Shown here piece by piece: positions 1-12,282 of a stretch of 64,000 bases of DNA. A model generated the notes under the pieces. That model had not been told where the DNA came from, did not search any database, and saw nothing but the letters and a program-made list of their open reading frames with translations. The position numbers were made by a program, and so were the translations under genes. Source of the DNA: Eledone cirrhosa (taxonomy: Eukaryota). Every line of letters starts with the position of its first letter. The first letter of the stretch is position 1. The stretch is from contig OZ024743.1 of NCBI GenBank assembly GCA_964016885.1, positions 93,186,001 through 93,250,000 on the forward strand, read 5' to 3'.

Positions 1-69
1 TTAAGCAACGTCGAGCCTAGTTAGTACTTGGATGGGTGACCGCCTGGGAACCCTAGGTGCCGTAAGCGT
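1..69 (+). rRNA. 5S rRNA: 5S rRNA gene, 3' part (truncated by window edge)
   Basis: TTAAGCAACGTCGAGCCTAGTTAGTACTTGGATGGGTGACCGCCTGGGAACCCTAGGTGCCGTAAGCGT matches the 3' half of eukaryotic 5S. Confidence 0.97.
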
Positions 70-780
70 TTAATTTTTTTCTTTTTTTTTTTTTTTTTTT
101 CATTAATATCTTTACAGAGCTATTTATTTTTTTTAGTTCGGTGACCGCTTAGGAAACCGAGCTGCTCTATACATTTCCATTTTTCTTTCTTTTGCAAGCT
201 TCTCTCGCCAATGTCTGTTAGTTTCAAAATAATTAGGCACGCAAACTTTTTCCTTTCTTTCAACCCTACCCTTCGCATACACACCACTGCAAACGTCTTA
301 AAAGCTACCGACTGCAAAAACAGAGTTTCTTGATAATTTCAGATATTTCAAACTTTAATTCCGTTCGCCTTCCGAAGTAGTGAGCCTGCTATATACTCTA
401 GAAAATATTTATTGAACAGAGATTTGGCTGCTTTTTCTAGCAGGTAAAATTAGCACATTTCTTTAGAGCCGTTCGAATCGAACATTATCCACATCTGTAA
501 TTATTAATTCGGAATGGGTATCGTAGCTAGTTATTTGGCCAAGTTATATAAACAAAAAGACAACATAAGTTTTAAAGACAGCGATATCGACAGCTATGCG
601 ACACTCTCGTAGTTAATAACGTGTGTTAATTTAAAAGTTAGATGAGATTTATGTAAAATTTTATTAAGCAACCTAAATTGCTTGAAAATACTGTGTTATA
701 CGGTTGAAAGTAAGAAAAATGTTTAATAGAAAATTAAAATATAAAAATTATCGTAAAAGAAAGGTGTTTAGTGAGTTGTT

Positions 781-801
781 TTATACAATAAAACTATTAA
801 A
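781..801 (+). promoter_or_regulatory. AT-rich TATA-like element upstream of 5S (-37 to -17), present in every unit
   Basis: TTATACAATAAAACTATTAAA lies where TATA-like elements precede many animal 5S genes; function inferred. Confidence 0.5.
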
Positions 802-817
802 TTCAGCATAAGCTTTC

Positions 818-937
818 GTTTACGGCCATATCACGCTGACAACACCGGTTCTCGTCCGATCACCGAAGTTAAGCAACGTCGAGCCTAGTTAGTACTTGGA
901 TGGGTGACCGCCTGGGAACCCTAGGTGCCGTAAGCGT
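818..937 (+). rRNA. 5S rRNA: 5S rRNA gene (copy 1; spacer A)
   Basis: GTTTACGGCCATATCACGCTGA...AGTTAAGC (box A)...TTGGATGGGTGACCG (box C)...GCCGTAAGCGT. Helix I GUUUACGGC/GCCGUAAGC pairs; followed by a T-tract. 3' end +/-2 nt. Confidence 0.98.
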
Positions 938-941
938 TTAA

Positions 942-968
942 TTTTTTTCTTTTTTTTTTTTTTTTTTT
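942..968 (+). terminator. Pol III oligo-dT terminator (T7-C-T19 here; pure T26-27 or about T16 in other units)
   Basis: Long T-run a few nt downstream of every 5S copy. Confidence 0.85.
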
Positions 969-984
969 CATTAATATCTTTACA

Positions 985-1061
985 GAGCTATTTATTTTTT
1001 TTAGTTCGGTGACCGCTTAGGAAACCGAGCTGCTCTATACATTTCCATTTTTCTTTCTTTT
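985..1061 (+). pseudogene. Degenerate duplicate of the 3' part of the 5S gene plus T-rich tail, inside every spacer (representative copy)
   Basis: Spacer GGTGACCGCTTAGGAAACCGAGCTGC vs gene GGTGACCGCCTGGGAACCCTAGGTGC (21/26 identical). Preceded by GAGCTATTTA (cf. GAGCCTAGTTA) and followed by a T-rich run. Confidence 0.7.
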
Positions 1062-1685
1062 GCAAGCTTCTCTCGCCAATGTCTGTTAGTTTCAAAATAA
1101 TTAGGCACGCAAACTTTTTCCTTTCTTTCAACCCTACCCTTCGCATACACACCACTGCAAACGTCTTAAAAGCTACCGACTGCAAAAACAGAGTTTCTTG
1201 ATAATTTCAGATATTTCAAACTTTAATTCCGTTCGCCTTCCGAAGTAGTGAGCCTGCTATATACTCTAGAAAATATTTATTGAACAGAGATTTGGCTGCT
1301 TTTTCTAGCAGGTAAAATTAGCATATTTCTTTAGAGCCGTTCGAATCGAACATTATCCACATCTGTAATTATTAATTCGGAATGGGTATCGTAGCTAGTT
1401 ATTTGGCCAAGTTATATAAACAAAAAGACAACATAAGTTTTAAAGACAGCGATATCGACAGCTATGCGACACTCTCGTAGTTAATAACGTGTGTTAATTT
1501 AAAAGTTAGATGAGATTTATGTAAAATTTTATTAAGCAACCTAAATTGCTTGAAAATACTGTGTTATACGGTTGAAAGTAAGAAAAATGTTTAATAGAAA
1601 ATTAAAATATAAAAATTATCGTAAAAGAAAGGTGTTTAGTGAGTTGTTTTATACAATAAAACTATTAAATTCAGCATAAGCTTTC

Positions 1686-1805
1686 GTTTACGGCCATATC
1701 ACGCTGACAACACCGGTTCTCGTCCGATCACCGAAGTTAAGCAACGTCGAGCCTAGTTAGTACTTGGATGGGTGACCGCCTGGGAACCCTAGGTGCCGTA
1801 AGCGT
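1686..1805 (+). rRNA. 5S rRNA: 5S rRNA gene (copy 2; spacer B-short)
   Basis: Same sequence as copy 1. Confidence 0.98.
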
Positions 1806-2556
1806 TTAATTTTTTTTTTTTTTTTCATTAATATCTTTACAGAGCTATTTATTTTTTTTAGTTCGGTGACCGCTTAGGAAACCGAGCTGCTCTATACATT
1901 TCCATTTTTCTTTCTTTTAGTTTCTTTCTTTTGCAAGCTTCTCTCGCCAATGTATGTTAGTTTCAAAATAATTAGGCACGCAAACTTTTTCCTTTCTTTC
2001 AACCCTACCCTTCGCATACACACCACTGCAAACGTCTTAAAAGCTACCGACTGCAAAATCAGAGTTTCTTGATAATTTCAGATATTTCAAACTTTTATTC
2101 CGTTCGCCTTCCGAAGTAGTGAGCCTGCTATATACTCTAGAAAATATTTATTGAACAGAGATTTGGCTGCTTTTTCTAGCAGGTAAAATTAGCACATTTC
2201 TTTAGAGCCGTTCGAATCGAACATTATCCACATCTGTAATTATTAATTCGGAATGGGCATCGTAGCTAGTTATTTGGCCAAGTTATATAAACAAAAAGAC
2301 AACATAAGTTTTAAAGACAGCGATATCGACAGCTATGCGACACTCTCGTAGTTAATAACGTGTGTTAATTTAAAAGTTAGATGAGATTTATGTAAAATTT
2401 TATTAAGCAACCTAAATTGCTTGAAAATACTGTGTTATACGGTTGAAAGTAAGAAAAATGTTTAATAGAAAATTAAAATATAAAAATTATCGTAAAAGAA
2501 AGGTGTTTAGTGAGTTGTTTTATACAATAAAACTATTAAATTCAGCATAAGCTTTC

Positions 2557-2676
2557 GTTTACGGCCATATCACGCTGACAACACCGGTTCTCGTCCGATC
2601 ACCGAAGTTAAGCAACGTCGAGCCTAGTTAGTACTTGGATGGGTGACCGCCTGGGAACCCTAGGTGCCGTAAGCGT
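2557..2676 (+). rRNA. 5S rRNA: 5S rRNA gene (copy 3)
   Basis: Same sequence as copy 1. Confidence 0.98.
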
Positions 2677-3424
2677 TTAATTTTTTTCTTTTTTTTTTTT
2701 TTTTTTTCATTAATATCTTTACAGAGCTATTTATTTTTTTTAGTTCGGTGACCGCTTAGGAAACCGAGCTGCTCTATACATTTCCATTTTTCTTTCTTTT
2801 GCAAGCTTCTCTCGCCAATGTCTGTTAGTTTCAAAATAATTAGGCACGCAAACTTTTTCCTTTCTTTCAACCCTACCCTTCGCATACACACCACTGCAAA
2901 CGTCTTAAAAGCTACCGACTGCAAAAACAGAGTTTCTTGATAATTTCAGATATTTCAAACTTTAATTCCGTTCGCCTTCCGAAGTAGTGAGCCTGCTATA
3001 TACTCTAGAAAATATTTATTGAACAGAGATTTGGCTGCTTTTTCTAGCAGGTAAAATTAGCACATTTCTTTAGAGCCGTTCGAATCGAACATTATCCACA
3101 TCTGTAATTATTAATTCGGAATGGGCATCGTAGCTAGTTATTTGGCCAAGTTATATAAACAAAAAGACAACATAAGTTTTAAAGACAGCGATATCGACAG
3201 CTATGCGACACTCTCGTAGTTAATAACGTGTGTTAATTTAAAAGTTAGATGAGATTTATGTAAAATTTTATTAAGCAACCTAAATTGCTTGAAAATACTG
3301 TGTTATACGGTTGAAAGTAAGAAAAATGTTTAATAGAAAATTAAAATATAAAAATTATCGTAAAAGAAAGGTGTTTAGTGAGTTGTTTTATACAATAAAA
3401 CTATTAAATTCAGCATAAGCTTTC

Positions 3425-3544
3425 GTTTACGGCCATATCACGCTGACAACACCGGTTCTCGTCCGATCACCGAAGTTAAGCAACGTCGAGCCTAGTTAGT
3501 ACTTGGATGGGTGACCGCCTGGGAACCCTAGGTGCCGTAAGCGT
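3425..3544 (+). rRNA. 5S rRNA: 5S rRNA gene (copy 4)
   Basis: Same sequence as copy 1. Confidence 0.98.
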
Positions 3545-4305
3545 TTAATTTTTTTTTTTTTTTTTTTTTTTTTTCATTAATATCTTTACAGAGCTATTTA
3601 TTTTTTTTAGTTCGGTGACCGCTTAGGAAACCGAGCTGCTCTATACATTTCCATTTTTCTTTCTTTTAGTTTCTTTCTTTTGCAAGCTTCTCTCGCCAAT
3701 GTATGTTAGTTTCAAAATAATTAGGCACGCAAACTTTTTCCTTTCTTTCAACCCTACCCTTCGCATACACACCACTGCAAACGTCTTAAAAGCTACCGAC
3801 TGCAAAATCAGAGTTTCTTGATAATTTCAGATATTTCAAACTTTTATTCCGTTCGCCTTCCGAAGTAGTGAGCCTGCTATATACTCTAGAAAATATTTAT
3901 TGAACAGAGATTTGGCTGCTTTTTCTAGCAGGTAAAATTAGCACATTTCTTTAGAGCCGTTCGAATCGAACATTATCCACATCTGTAATTATTAATTCGG
4001 AATGGGCATCGTAGCTAGTTATTTGGCCAAGTGATATAAACAAAAAAACAACATAAGTTTTAAAGACAGCGATATCGACAGCTATGCGACACTCTCGTAG
4101 TTAATAACGTGTGTTAATTTAAAAGTTAGATGAGATTTATGTAAAATTTTATTAAGCAACCTAAATTGCTTGAAAATACTGTGTTATACGGTTGAAAGTA
4201 AGAAAAATGTTTAATAGAAAATTAAAATATAAAAATTATCGTAAAAGAAAGGTGTTTAGTGAGTTGTTTTATACAATAAAACTATTAAATTCAGCATAAG
4301 CTTTC

Positions 4306-4425
4306 GTTTACGGCCATATCACGCTGACAACACCGGTTCTCGTCCGATCACCGAAGTTAAGCAACGTCGAGCCTAGTTAGTACTTGGATGGGTGACCGCC
4401 TGGGAACCCTAGGTGCCGTAAGCGT
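4306..4425 (+). rRNA. 5S rRNA: 5S rRNA gene (copy 5)
   Basis: Same sequence as copy 1. Confidence 0.98.
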
Positions 4426-5187
4426 TTAATTTTTTTCTTTTTTTTTTTTTTTTTTTCATTAATATCTTTACAGAGCTATTTATTTTTTTTAGTTCGGTGA
4501 CCGCTTAGGAAACCGAGCTGCTCTATACATTTCCATTTTTCTTTCTTTTAGTTTCTTTCTTTTGCAAGCTTCTCTCGCCAATGTATGTTAGTTTCAAAAT
4601 AATTAGGCACGCAAACTTTTTCCTTTCTTTCAACCCTACCCTTCGCATACACACCACTGCAAACGTCTTAAAAGCTACCGACTGCAAAATCAGAGTTTCT
4701 TGATAATTTCAGATATTTCAAACTTTTATTCCGTTCGCCTTCCGAAGTAGTGAGCCTGCTATATACTCTAGAAAATATTTATTGAACAGAGATTTGGCTG
4801 CTTTTTCTAGCAGGTAAAATTAGCACATTTCTTTAGAGCCGTTCGAATCGAACATTATCCACATCTGTAATTATTAATTCGGAATGGGCATCGTAGCTAG
4901 TTATTTGGCCAAGTGATATAAACAAAAAAACAACATAAGTTTTAAAGACAGCGATATCGACAGCTATGCGACACTCTCGTAGTTAATAACGTGTGTTAAT
5001 TTAAAAGTTAGATGAGATTTATGTAAAATTTTATTAAGCAACCTAAATTGCTTGAAAATACTGTGTTATACGGTTGAAAGTAAGAAAAATGTTTAATAGA
5101 AAATTAAAATATAAAAATTATCGTAAAAGAAAGGTGTTTAGTGAGTTGTTTTATACAATAAAACTATTAAATTCAGCATAAGCTTTC

Positions 5188-5307
5188 GTTTACGGCCATA
5201 TCACGCTGACAACACCGGTTCTCGTCCGATCACCGAAGTTAAGCAACGTCGAGCCTAGTTAGTACTTGGATGGGTGACCGCCTGGGAACCCTAGGTGCCG
5301 TAAGCGT
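5188..5307 (+). rRNA. 5S rRNA: 5S rRNA gene (copy 6)
   Basis: Same sequence as copy 1. Confidence 0.98.
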
Positions 5308-6055
5308 TTAATTTTTTTCTTTTTTTTTTTTTTTTTTTCATTAATATCTTTACAGAGCTATTTATTTTTTTTAGTTCGGTGACCGCTTAGGAAACCGAGC
5401 TGCTCTATACATTTCCATTTTTCTTTCTTTTGCAAGCTTCTCTCGCCAATGTCTGTTAGTTTCAAAATAATTAGGCACGCAAACTTTTTCCTTTCTTTCA
5501 ACCCTACCCTTCGCATACACACCACTGCAAACGTCTTAAAAGCTACCGACTGCAAAAACAGAGTTTCTTGATAATTTCAGATATTTCAAACTTTAATTCC
5601 GTTCGCCTTCCGAAGTAGTGAGCCTGCTATATACTCTAGAAAATATTTATTGAACAGAGATTTGGCTGCTTTTTCTAGCAGGTAAAATTAGCATATTTCT
5701 TTAGAGCCGTTCGAATCGAACATTATCCACATCTGTAATTATTAATTCGGAATGGGTATCGTAGCTAGTTATTTGGCCAAGTTATATAAACAAAAAGACA
5801 ACATAAGTTTTAAAGACAGCGATATCGACAGCTATGCGACACTCTCGTAGTTAATAACGTGTGTTAATTTAAAAGTTAGATGAGATTTATGTAAAATTTT
5901 ATTAAGCAACCTAAATTGCTTGAAAATACTGTGTTATACGGTTGAAAGTAAGAAAAATGTTTAATAGAAAATTAAAATATAAAAATTATCGTAAAAGAAA
6001 GGTGTTTAGTGAGTTGTTTTATACAATAAAACTATTAAATTCAGCATAAGCTTTC

Positions 6056-6175
6056 GTTTACGGCCATATCACGCTGACAACACCGGTTCTCGTCCGATCA
6101 CCGAAGTTAAGCAACGTCGAGCCTAGTTAGTACTTGGATGGGTGACCGCCTGGGAACCCTAGGTGCCGTAAGCGT
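6056..6175 (+). rRNA. 5S rRNA: 5S rRNA gene (copy 7)
   Basis: Same sequence as copy 1. Confidence 0.98.
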
Positions 6176-6937
6176 TTAATTTTTTTCTTTTTTTTTTTTT
6201 TTTTTTCATTAATATCTTTACAGAGCTATTTATTTTTTTTAGTTCGGTGACCGCTTAGGAAACCGAGCTGCTCTATACATTTCCATTTTTCTTTCTTTTA
6301 GTTTCTTTCTTTTGCAAGCTTCTCTCGCCAATGTATGTTAGTTTCAAAATAATTAGGCACGCAAACTTTTTCCTTTCTTTCAACCCTACCCTTCGCATAC
6401 ACACCACTGCAAACGTCTTAAAAGCTACCGACTGCAAAATCAGAGTTTCTTGATAATTTCAGATATTTCAAACTTTTATTCCGTTCGCCTTCCGAAGTAG
6501 TGAGCCTGCTATATACTCTAGAAAATATTTATTGAACAGAGATTTGGCTGCTTTTTCTAGCAGGTAAAATTAGCACATTTCTTTAGAGCCGTTCGAATCG
6601 AACATTATCCACATCTGTAATTATTAATTCGGAATGGGCATCGTAGCTAGTTATTTGGCCAAGTTATATAAACAAAAAGACAACATAAGTTTTAAAGACA
6701 GCGATATCGACAGCTATGCGACACTCTCGTAGTTAATAACGTGTGTTAATTTAAAAGTTAGATGAGATTTATGTAAAATTTTATTAAGCAACCTAAATTG
6801 CTTGAAAATACTGTGTTATACGGTTGAAAGTAAGAAAAATGTTTAATAGAAAATTAAAATATAAAAATTATCGTAAAAGAAAGGTGTTTAGTGAGTTGTT
6901 TTATACAATAAAACTATTAAATTCAGCATAAGCTTTC

Positions 6938-7057
6938 GTTTACGGCCATATCACGCTGACAACACCGGTTCTCGTCCGATCACCGAAGTTAAGCAACGTC
7001 GAGCCTAGTTAGTACTTGGATGGGTGACCGCCTGGGAACCCTAGGTGCCGTAAGCGT
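6938..7057 (+). rRNA. 5S rRNA: 5S rRNA gene (copy 8)
   Basis: Same sequence as copy 1. Confidence 0.98.
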
Positions 7058-7805
7058 TTAATTTTTTTCTTTTTTTTTTTTTTTTTTTCATTAATATCTT
7101 TACAGAGCTATTTATTTTTTTTAGTTCGGTGACCGCTTAGGAAACCGAGCTGCTCTATACATTTCCATTTTTCTTTCTTTTGCAAGCTTCTCTCGCCAAT
7201 GTCTGTTAGTTTCAAAATAATTAGGCACGCAAACTTTTTCCTTTCTTTCAACCCTACCCTTCGCATACACACCACTGCAAACGTCTTAAAAGCTACCGAC
7301 TGCAAAAACAGAGTTTCTTGATAATTTCAGATATTTCAAACTTTAATTCCGTTCGCCTTCCGAAGTAGTGAGCCTGCTATATACTCTAGAAAATATTTAT
7401 TGAACAGAGATTTGGCTGCTTTTTCTAGCAGGTAAAATTAGCACATTTCTTTAGAGCCGTTCGAATCGAACATTATCCACATCTGTAATTATTAATTCGG
7501 AATGGGTATCGTAGCTAGTTATTTGGCCAAGTTATATAAACAAAAAGACAACATAAGTTTTAAAGACAGCGATATCGACATCTATGCGACACTCTCGTAG
7601 TTAATAACGTGTGTTAATTTAAAAGTTAGATGAGATTTATGTAAAATTTTATTAAGCAACCTAAATTGCTTGAAAATACTGTGTTATACGGTTGAAAGTA
7701 AGAAAAATGTTTAATAGAAAATTAAAATATAAAAATTATCGTAAAAGAAAGGTGTTTAGTGAGTTGTTTTATACAATAAAACTATTAAATTCAGCATAAG
7801 CTTTC

Positions 7806-7925
7806 GTTTACGGCCATATCACGCTGACAACACCGGTTCTCGTCCGATCACCGAAGTTAAGCAACGTCGAGCCTAGTTAGTACTTGGATGGGTGACCGCC
7901 TGGGAACCCTAGGTGCCGTAAGCGT
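7806..7925 (+). rRNA. 5S rRNA: 5S rRNA gene (copy 9)
   Basis: Same sequence as copy 1. Confidence 0.98.
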
Positions 7926-8673
7926 TTAATTTTTTTCTTTTTTTTTTTTTTTTTTTCATTAATATCTTTACAGAGCTATTTATTTTTTTTAGTTCGGTGA
8001 CCGCTTAGGAAACCGAGCTGCTCTATACATTTCCATTTTTCTTTCTTTTGCAAGCTTCTCTCGCCAATGTCTGTTAGTTTCAAAATAATTAGGCACGCAA
8101 ACTTTTTCCTTTCTTTCAACCCTACCCTTCGCATACACACCACTGCAAACGTCTTAAAAGCTACCGACTGCAAAAACAGAGTTTCTTGATAATTTCAGAT
8201 ATTTCAAACTTTAATTCCGTTCGCCTTCCGAAGTAGTGAGCCTGCTATATACTCTAGAAAATATTTATTGAACAGAGATTTGGCTGCTTTTTCTAGCAGG
8301 TAAAATTAGCATATTTCTTTAGAGCCGTTCGAATCGAACATTATCCACATCTGTAATTATTAATTCGGAATGGGTATCGTAGCTAGTTATTTGGCCAAGT
8401 TATATAAACAAAAAGACAACATAAGTTTTAAAGACAGCGATATCGACAGCTATGCGACACTCTCGTAGTTAATAACGTGTGTTAATTTAAAAGTTAGATG
8501 AGATTTATGTAAAATTTTATTAAGCAACCTAAATTGCTTGAAAATACTGTGTTATACGGTTGAAAGTAAGAAAAATGTTTAATAGAAAATTAAAATATAA
8601 AAATTATCGTAAAAGAAAGGTGTTTAGTGAGTTGTTTTATACAATAAAACTATTAAATTCAGCATAAGCTTTC

Positions 8674-8793
8674 GTTTACGGCCATATCACGCTGACAACA
8701 CCGGTTCTCGTCCGATCACCGAAGTTAAGCAACGTCGAGCCTAGTTAGTACTTGGATGGGTGACCGCCTGGGAACCCTAGGTGCCGTAAGCGT
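8674..8793 (+). rRNA. 5S rRNA: 5S rRNA gene (copy 10)
   Basis: Same sequence as copy 1. Confidence 0.98.
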
Positions 8794-9544
8794 TTAATTT
8801 TTTTTTTTTTTTTCATTAATATCTTTACAGAGCTATTTATTTTTTTTAGTTCGGTGACCGCTTAGGAAACCGAGCTGCTCTATACATTTCCATTTTTCTT
8901 TCTTTTAGTTTCTTTCTTTTGCAAGCTTCTCTCGCCAATGTATGTTAGTTTCAAAATAATTAGGCACGCAAACTTTTTCCTTTCTTTCAACCCTACCCTT
9001 CGCATACACACCACTGCAAACGTCTTAAAAGCTACCGACTGCAAAATCAGAGTTTCTTGATAATTTCAGATATTTCAAACTTTTATTCCGTTCGCCTTCC
9101 GAAGTAGTGAGCCTGCTATATACTCTAGAAAATATTTATTGAACAGAGATTTGGCTGCTTTTTCTAGCAGGTAAAATTAGCACATTTCTTTAGAGCCGTT
9201 CGAATCGAACATTATCCACATCTGTAATTATTAATTCGGAATGGGCATCGTAGCTAGTTATTTGGCCAAGTTATATAAACAAAAAGACAACATAAGTTTT
9301 AAAGACAGCGATATCGACAGCTATGCGACACTCTCGTAGTTAATAACGTGTGTTAATTTAAAAGTTAGATGAGATTTATGTAAAATTTTATTAAGCAACC
9401 TAAATTGCTTGAAAATACTGTGTTATACGGTTGAAAGTAAGAAAAATGTTTAATAGAAAATTAAAATATAAAAATTATCGTAAAAGAAAGGTGTTTAGTG
9501 AGTTGTTTTATACAATAAAACTATTAAATTCAGCATAAGCTTTC

Positions 9545-9664
9545 GTTTACGGCCATATCACGCTGACAACACCGGTTCTCGTCCGATCACCGAAGTTAAG
9601 CAACGTCGAGCCTAGTTAGTACTTGGATGGGTGACCGCCTGGGAACCCTAGGTGCCGTAAGCGT
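9545..9664 (+). rRNA. 5S rRNA: 5S rRNA gene (copy 11)
   Basis: Same sequence as copy 1. Confidence 0.98.
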
Positions 9665-10412
9665 TTAATTTTTTTCTTTTTTTTTTTTTTTTTTTCATTA
9701 ATATCTTTACAGAGCTATTTATTTTTTTTAGTTCGGTGACCGCTTAGGAAACCGAGCTGCTCTATACATTTCCATTTTTCTTTCTTTTGCAAGCTTCTCT
9801 CGCCAATGTCTGTTAGTTTCAAAATAATTAGGCACGCAAACTTTTTCCTTTCTTTCAACCCTACCCTTCGCATACACACCACTGCAAACGTCTTAAAAGC
9901 TACCGACTGCAAAAACAGAGTTTCTTGATAATTTCAGATATTTCAAACTTTAATTCCGTTCGCCTTCCGAAGTAGTGAGCCTGCTATATACTCTAGAAAA
10001 TATTTATTGAACAGAGATTTGGCTGCTTTTTCTAGCAGGTAAAATTAGCACATTTCTTTAGAGCCGTTCGAATCGAACATTATCCACATCTGTAATTATT
10101 AATTCGGAATGGGCATCGTAGCTAGTTATTTGGCCAAGTTATATAAACAAAAAGACAACATAAGTTTTAAAGACAGCGATATCGACAGCTATGCGACACT
10201 CTCGTAGTTAATAACGTGTGTTAATTTAAAAGTTAGATGAGATTTATGTAAAATTTTATTAAGCAACCTAAATTGCTTGAAAATACTGTGTTATACGGTT
10301 GAAAGTAAGAAAAATGTTTAATAGAAAATTAAAATATAAAAATTATCGTAAAAGAAAGGTGTTTAGTGAGTTGTTTTATACAATAAAACTATTAAATTCA
10401 GCATAAGCTTTC

Positions 10413-10532
10413 GTTTACGGCCATATCACGCTGACAACACCGGTTCTCGTCCGATCACCGAAGTTAAGCAACGTCGAGCCTAGTTAGTACTTGGATGGGT
10501 GACCGCCTGGGAACCCTAGGTGCCGTAAGCGT
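10413..10532 (+). rRNA. 5S rRNA: 5S rRNA gene (copy 12)
   Basis: Same sequence as copy 1. Confidence 0.98.
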
Positions 10533-11294
10533 TTAATTTTTTTCTTTTTTTTTTTTTTTTTTTCATTAATATCTTTACAGAGCTATTTATTTTTTTTAGT
10601 TCGGTGACCGCTTAGGAAACCGAGCTGCTCTATACATTTCCATTTTTCTTTCTTTTAGTTTCTTTCTTTTGCAAGCTTCTCTCGCCAATGTATGTTAGTT
10701 TCAAAATAATTAGGCACGCAAACTTTTTCCTTTCTTTCAACCCTACCCTTCGCATACACACCACTGCAAACGTCTTAAAAGCTACCGACTGCAAAATCAG
10801 AGTTTCTTGATAATTTCAGATATTTCAAACTTTTATTCCGTTCGCCTTCCGAAGTAGTGAGCCTGCTATATACTCTAGAAAATATTTATTGAACAGAGAT
10901 TTGGCTGCTTTTTCTAGCAGGTAAAATTAGCACATTTCTTTAGAGCCGTTCGAATCGAACATTATCCACATCTGTAATTATTAATTCGGAATGGGCATCG
11001 TAGCTAGTTATTTGGCCAAGTTATATAAACAAAAAGACAACATAAGTTTTAAAGACAGCGATATCGACAGCTATGCGACACTCTCGTAGTTAATAACGTG
11101 TGTTAATTTAAAAGTTAGATGAGATTTATGTAAAATTTTATTAAGCAACCTAAATTGCTTGAAAATACTGTGTTATACGGTTGAAAGTAAGAAAAATGTT
11201 TAATAGAAAATTAAAATATAAAAATTATCGTAAAAGAAAGGTGTTTAGTGAGTTGTTTTATACAATAAAACTATTAAATTCAGCATAAGCTTTC

Positions 11295-11414
11295 GTTTAC
11301 GGCCATATCACGCTGACAACACCGGTTCTCGTCCGATCACCGAAGTTAAGCAACGTCGAGCCTAGTTAGTACTTGGATGGGTGACCGCCTGGGAACCCTA
11401 GGTGCCGTAAGCGT
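11295..11414 (+). rRNA. 5S rRNA: 5S rRNA gene (copy 13)
   Basis: Same sequence as copy 1. Confidence 0.98.
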
Positions 11415-12162
11415 TTAATTTTTTTCTTTTTTTTTTTTTTTTTTTCATTAATATCTTTACAGAGCTATTTATTTTTTTTAGTTCGGTGACCGCTTAGGAA
11501 ACCGAGCTGCTCTATACATTTCCATTTTTCTTTCTTTTGCAAGCTTCTCTCGCCAATGTCTGTTAGTTTCAAAATAATTAGGCACGCAAACTTTTTCCTT
11601 TCTTTCAACCCTACCCTTCGCATACACACCACTGCAAACGTCTTAAAAGCTACCGACTGCAAAAACAGAGTTTCTTGATAATTTCAGATATTTCAAACTT
11701 TAATTCCGTTCGCCTTCCGAAGTAGTGAGCCTGCTATATACTCTAGAAAATATTTATTGAACAGAGATTTGGCTGCTTTTTCTAGCAGGTAAAATTAGCA
11801 CATTTCTTTAGAGCCGTTCGAATCGAACATTATCCACATCTGTAATTATTAATTCGGAATGGGTATCGTAGCTAGTTATTTGGCCAAGTTATATAAACAA
11901 AAAGACAACATAAGTTTTAAAGACAGCGATATCGACAGCTATGCGACACTCTCGTAGTTAATAACGTGTGTTAATTTAAAAGTTAGATGAGATTTATGTA
12001 AAATTTTATTAAGCAACCTAAATTGCTTGAAAATACTGTGTTATACGGTTGAAAGTAAGAAAAATGTTTAATAGAAAATTAAAATATAAAAATTATCGTA
12101 AAAGAAAGGTGTTTAGTGAGTTGTTTTATACAATAAAACTATTAAATTCAGCATAAGCTTTC

Positions 12163-12282
12163 GTTTACGGCCATATCACGCTGACAACACCGGTTCTCGT
12201 CCGATCACCGAAGTTAAGCAACGTCGAGCCTAGTTAGTACTTGGATGGGTGACCGCCTGGGAACCCTAGGTGCCGTAAGCGT
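12163..12282 (+). rRNA. 5S rRNA: 5S rRNA gene (copy 14)
   Basis: Same sequence as copy 1. Confidence 0.98.

Noticed and set aside
120-317. 65-aa minus-strand ORF repeated 29 times
   Set aside because: It is the antisense of the 5S spacer with a non-ATG start, is disrupted in all 24 type-B units, and has no recognisable domain. Useful only as a marker of type-A units.
361-386. CCGTTCGCCTTCCGAAGTAGTGAGCC resembling the 5S box A region
   Set aside because: Only a 7-nt exact match (CCGAAGT); indistinguishable from chance by eye.
194-817. Linked snRNA, SL RNA or tRNA gene in the 5S spacer, as in some molluscs and crustaceans
   Set aside because: No U1/U2/U5/SL sequence or cloverleaf recognised on either strand; an Rfam scan would be decisive.
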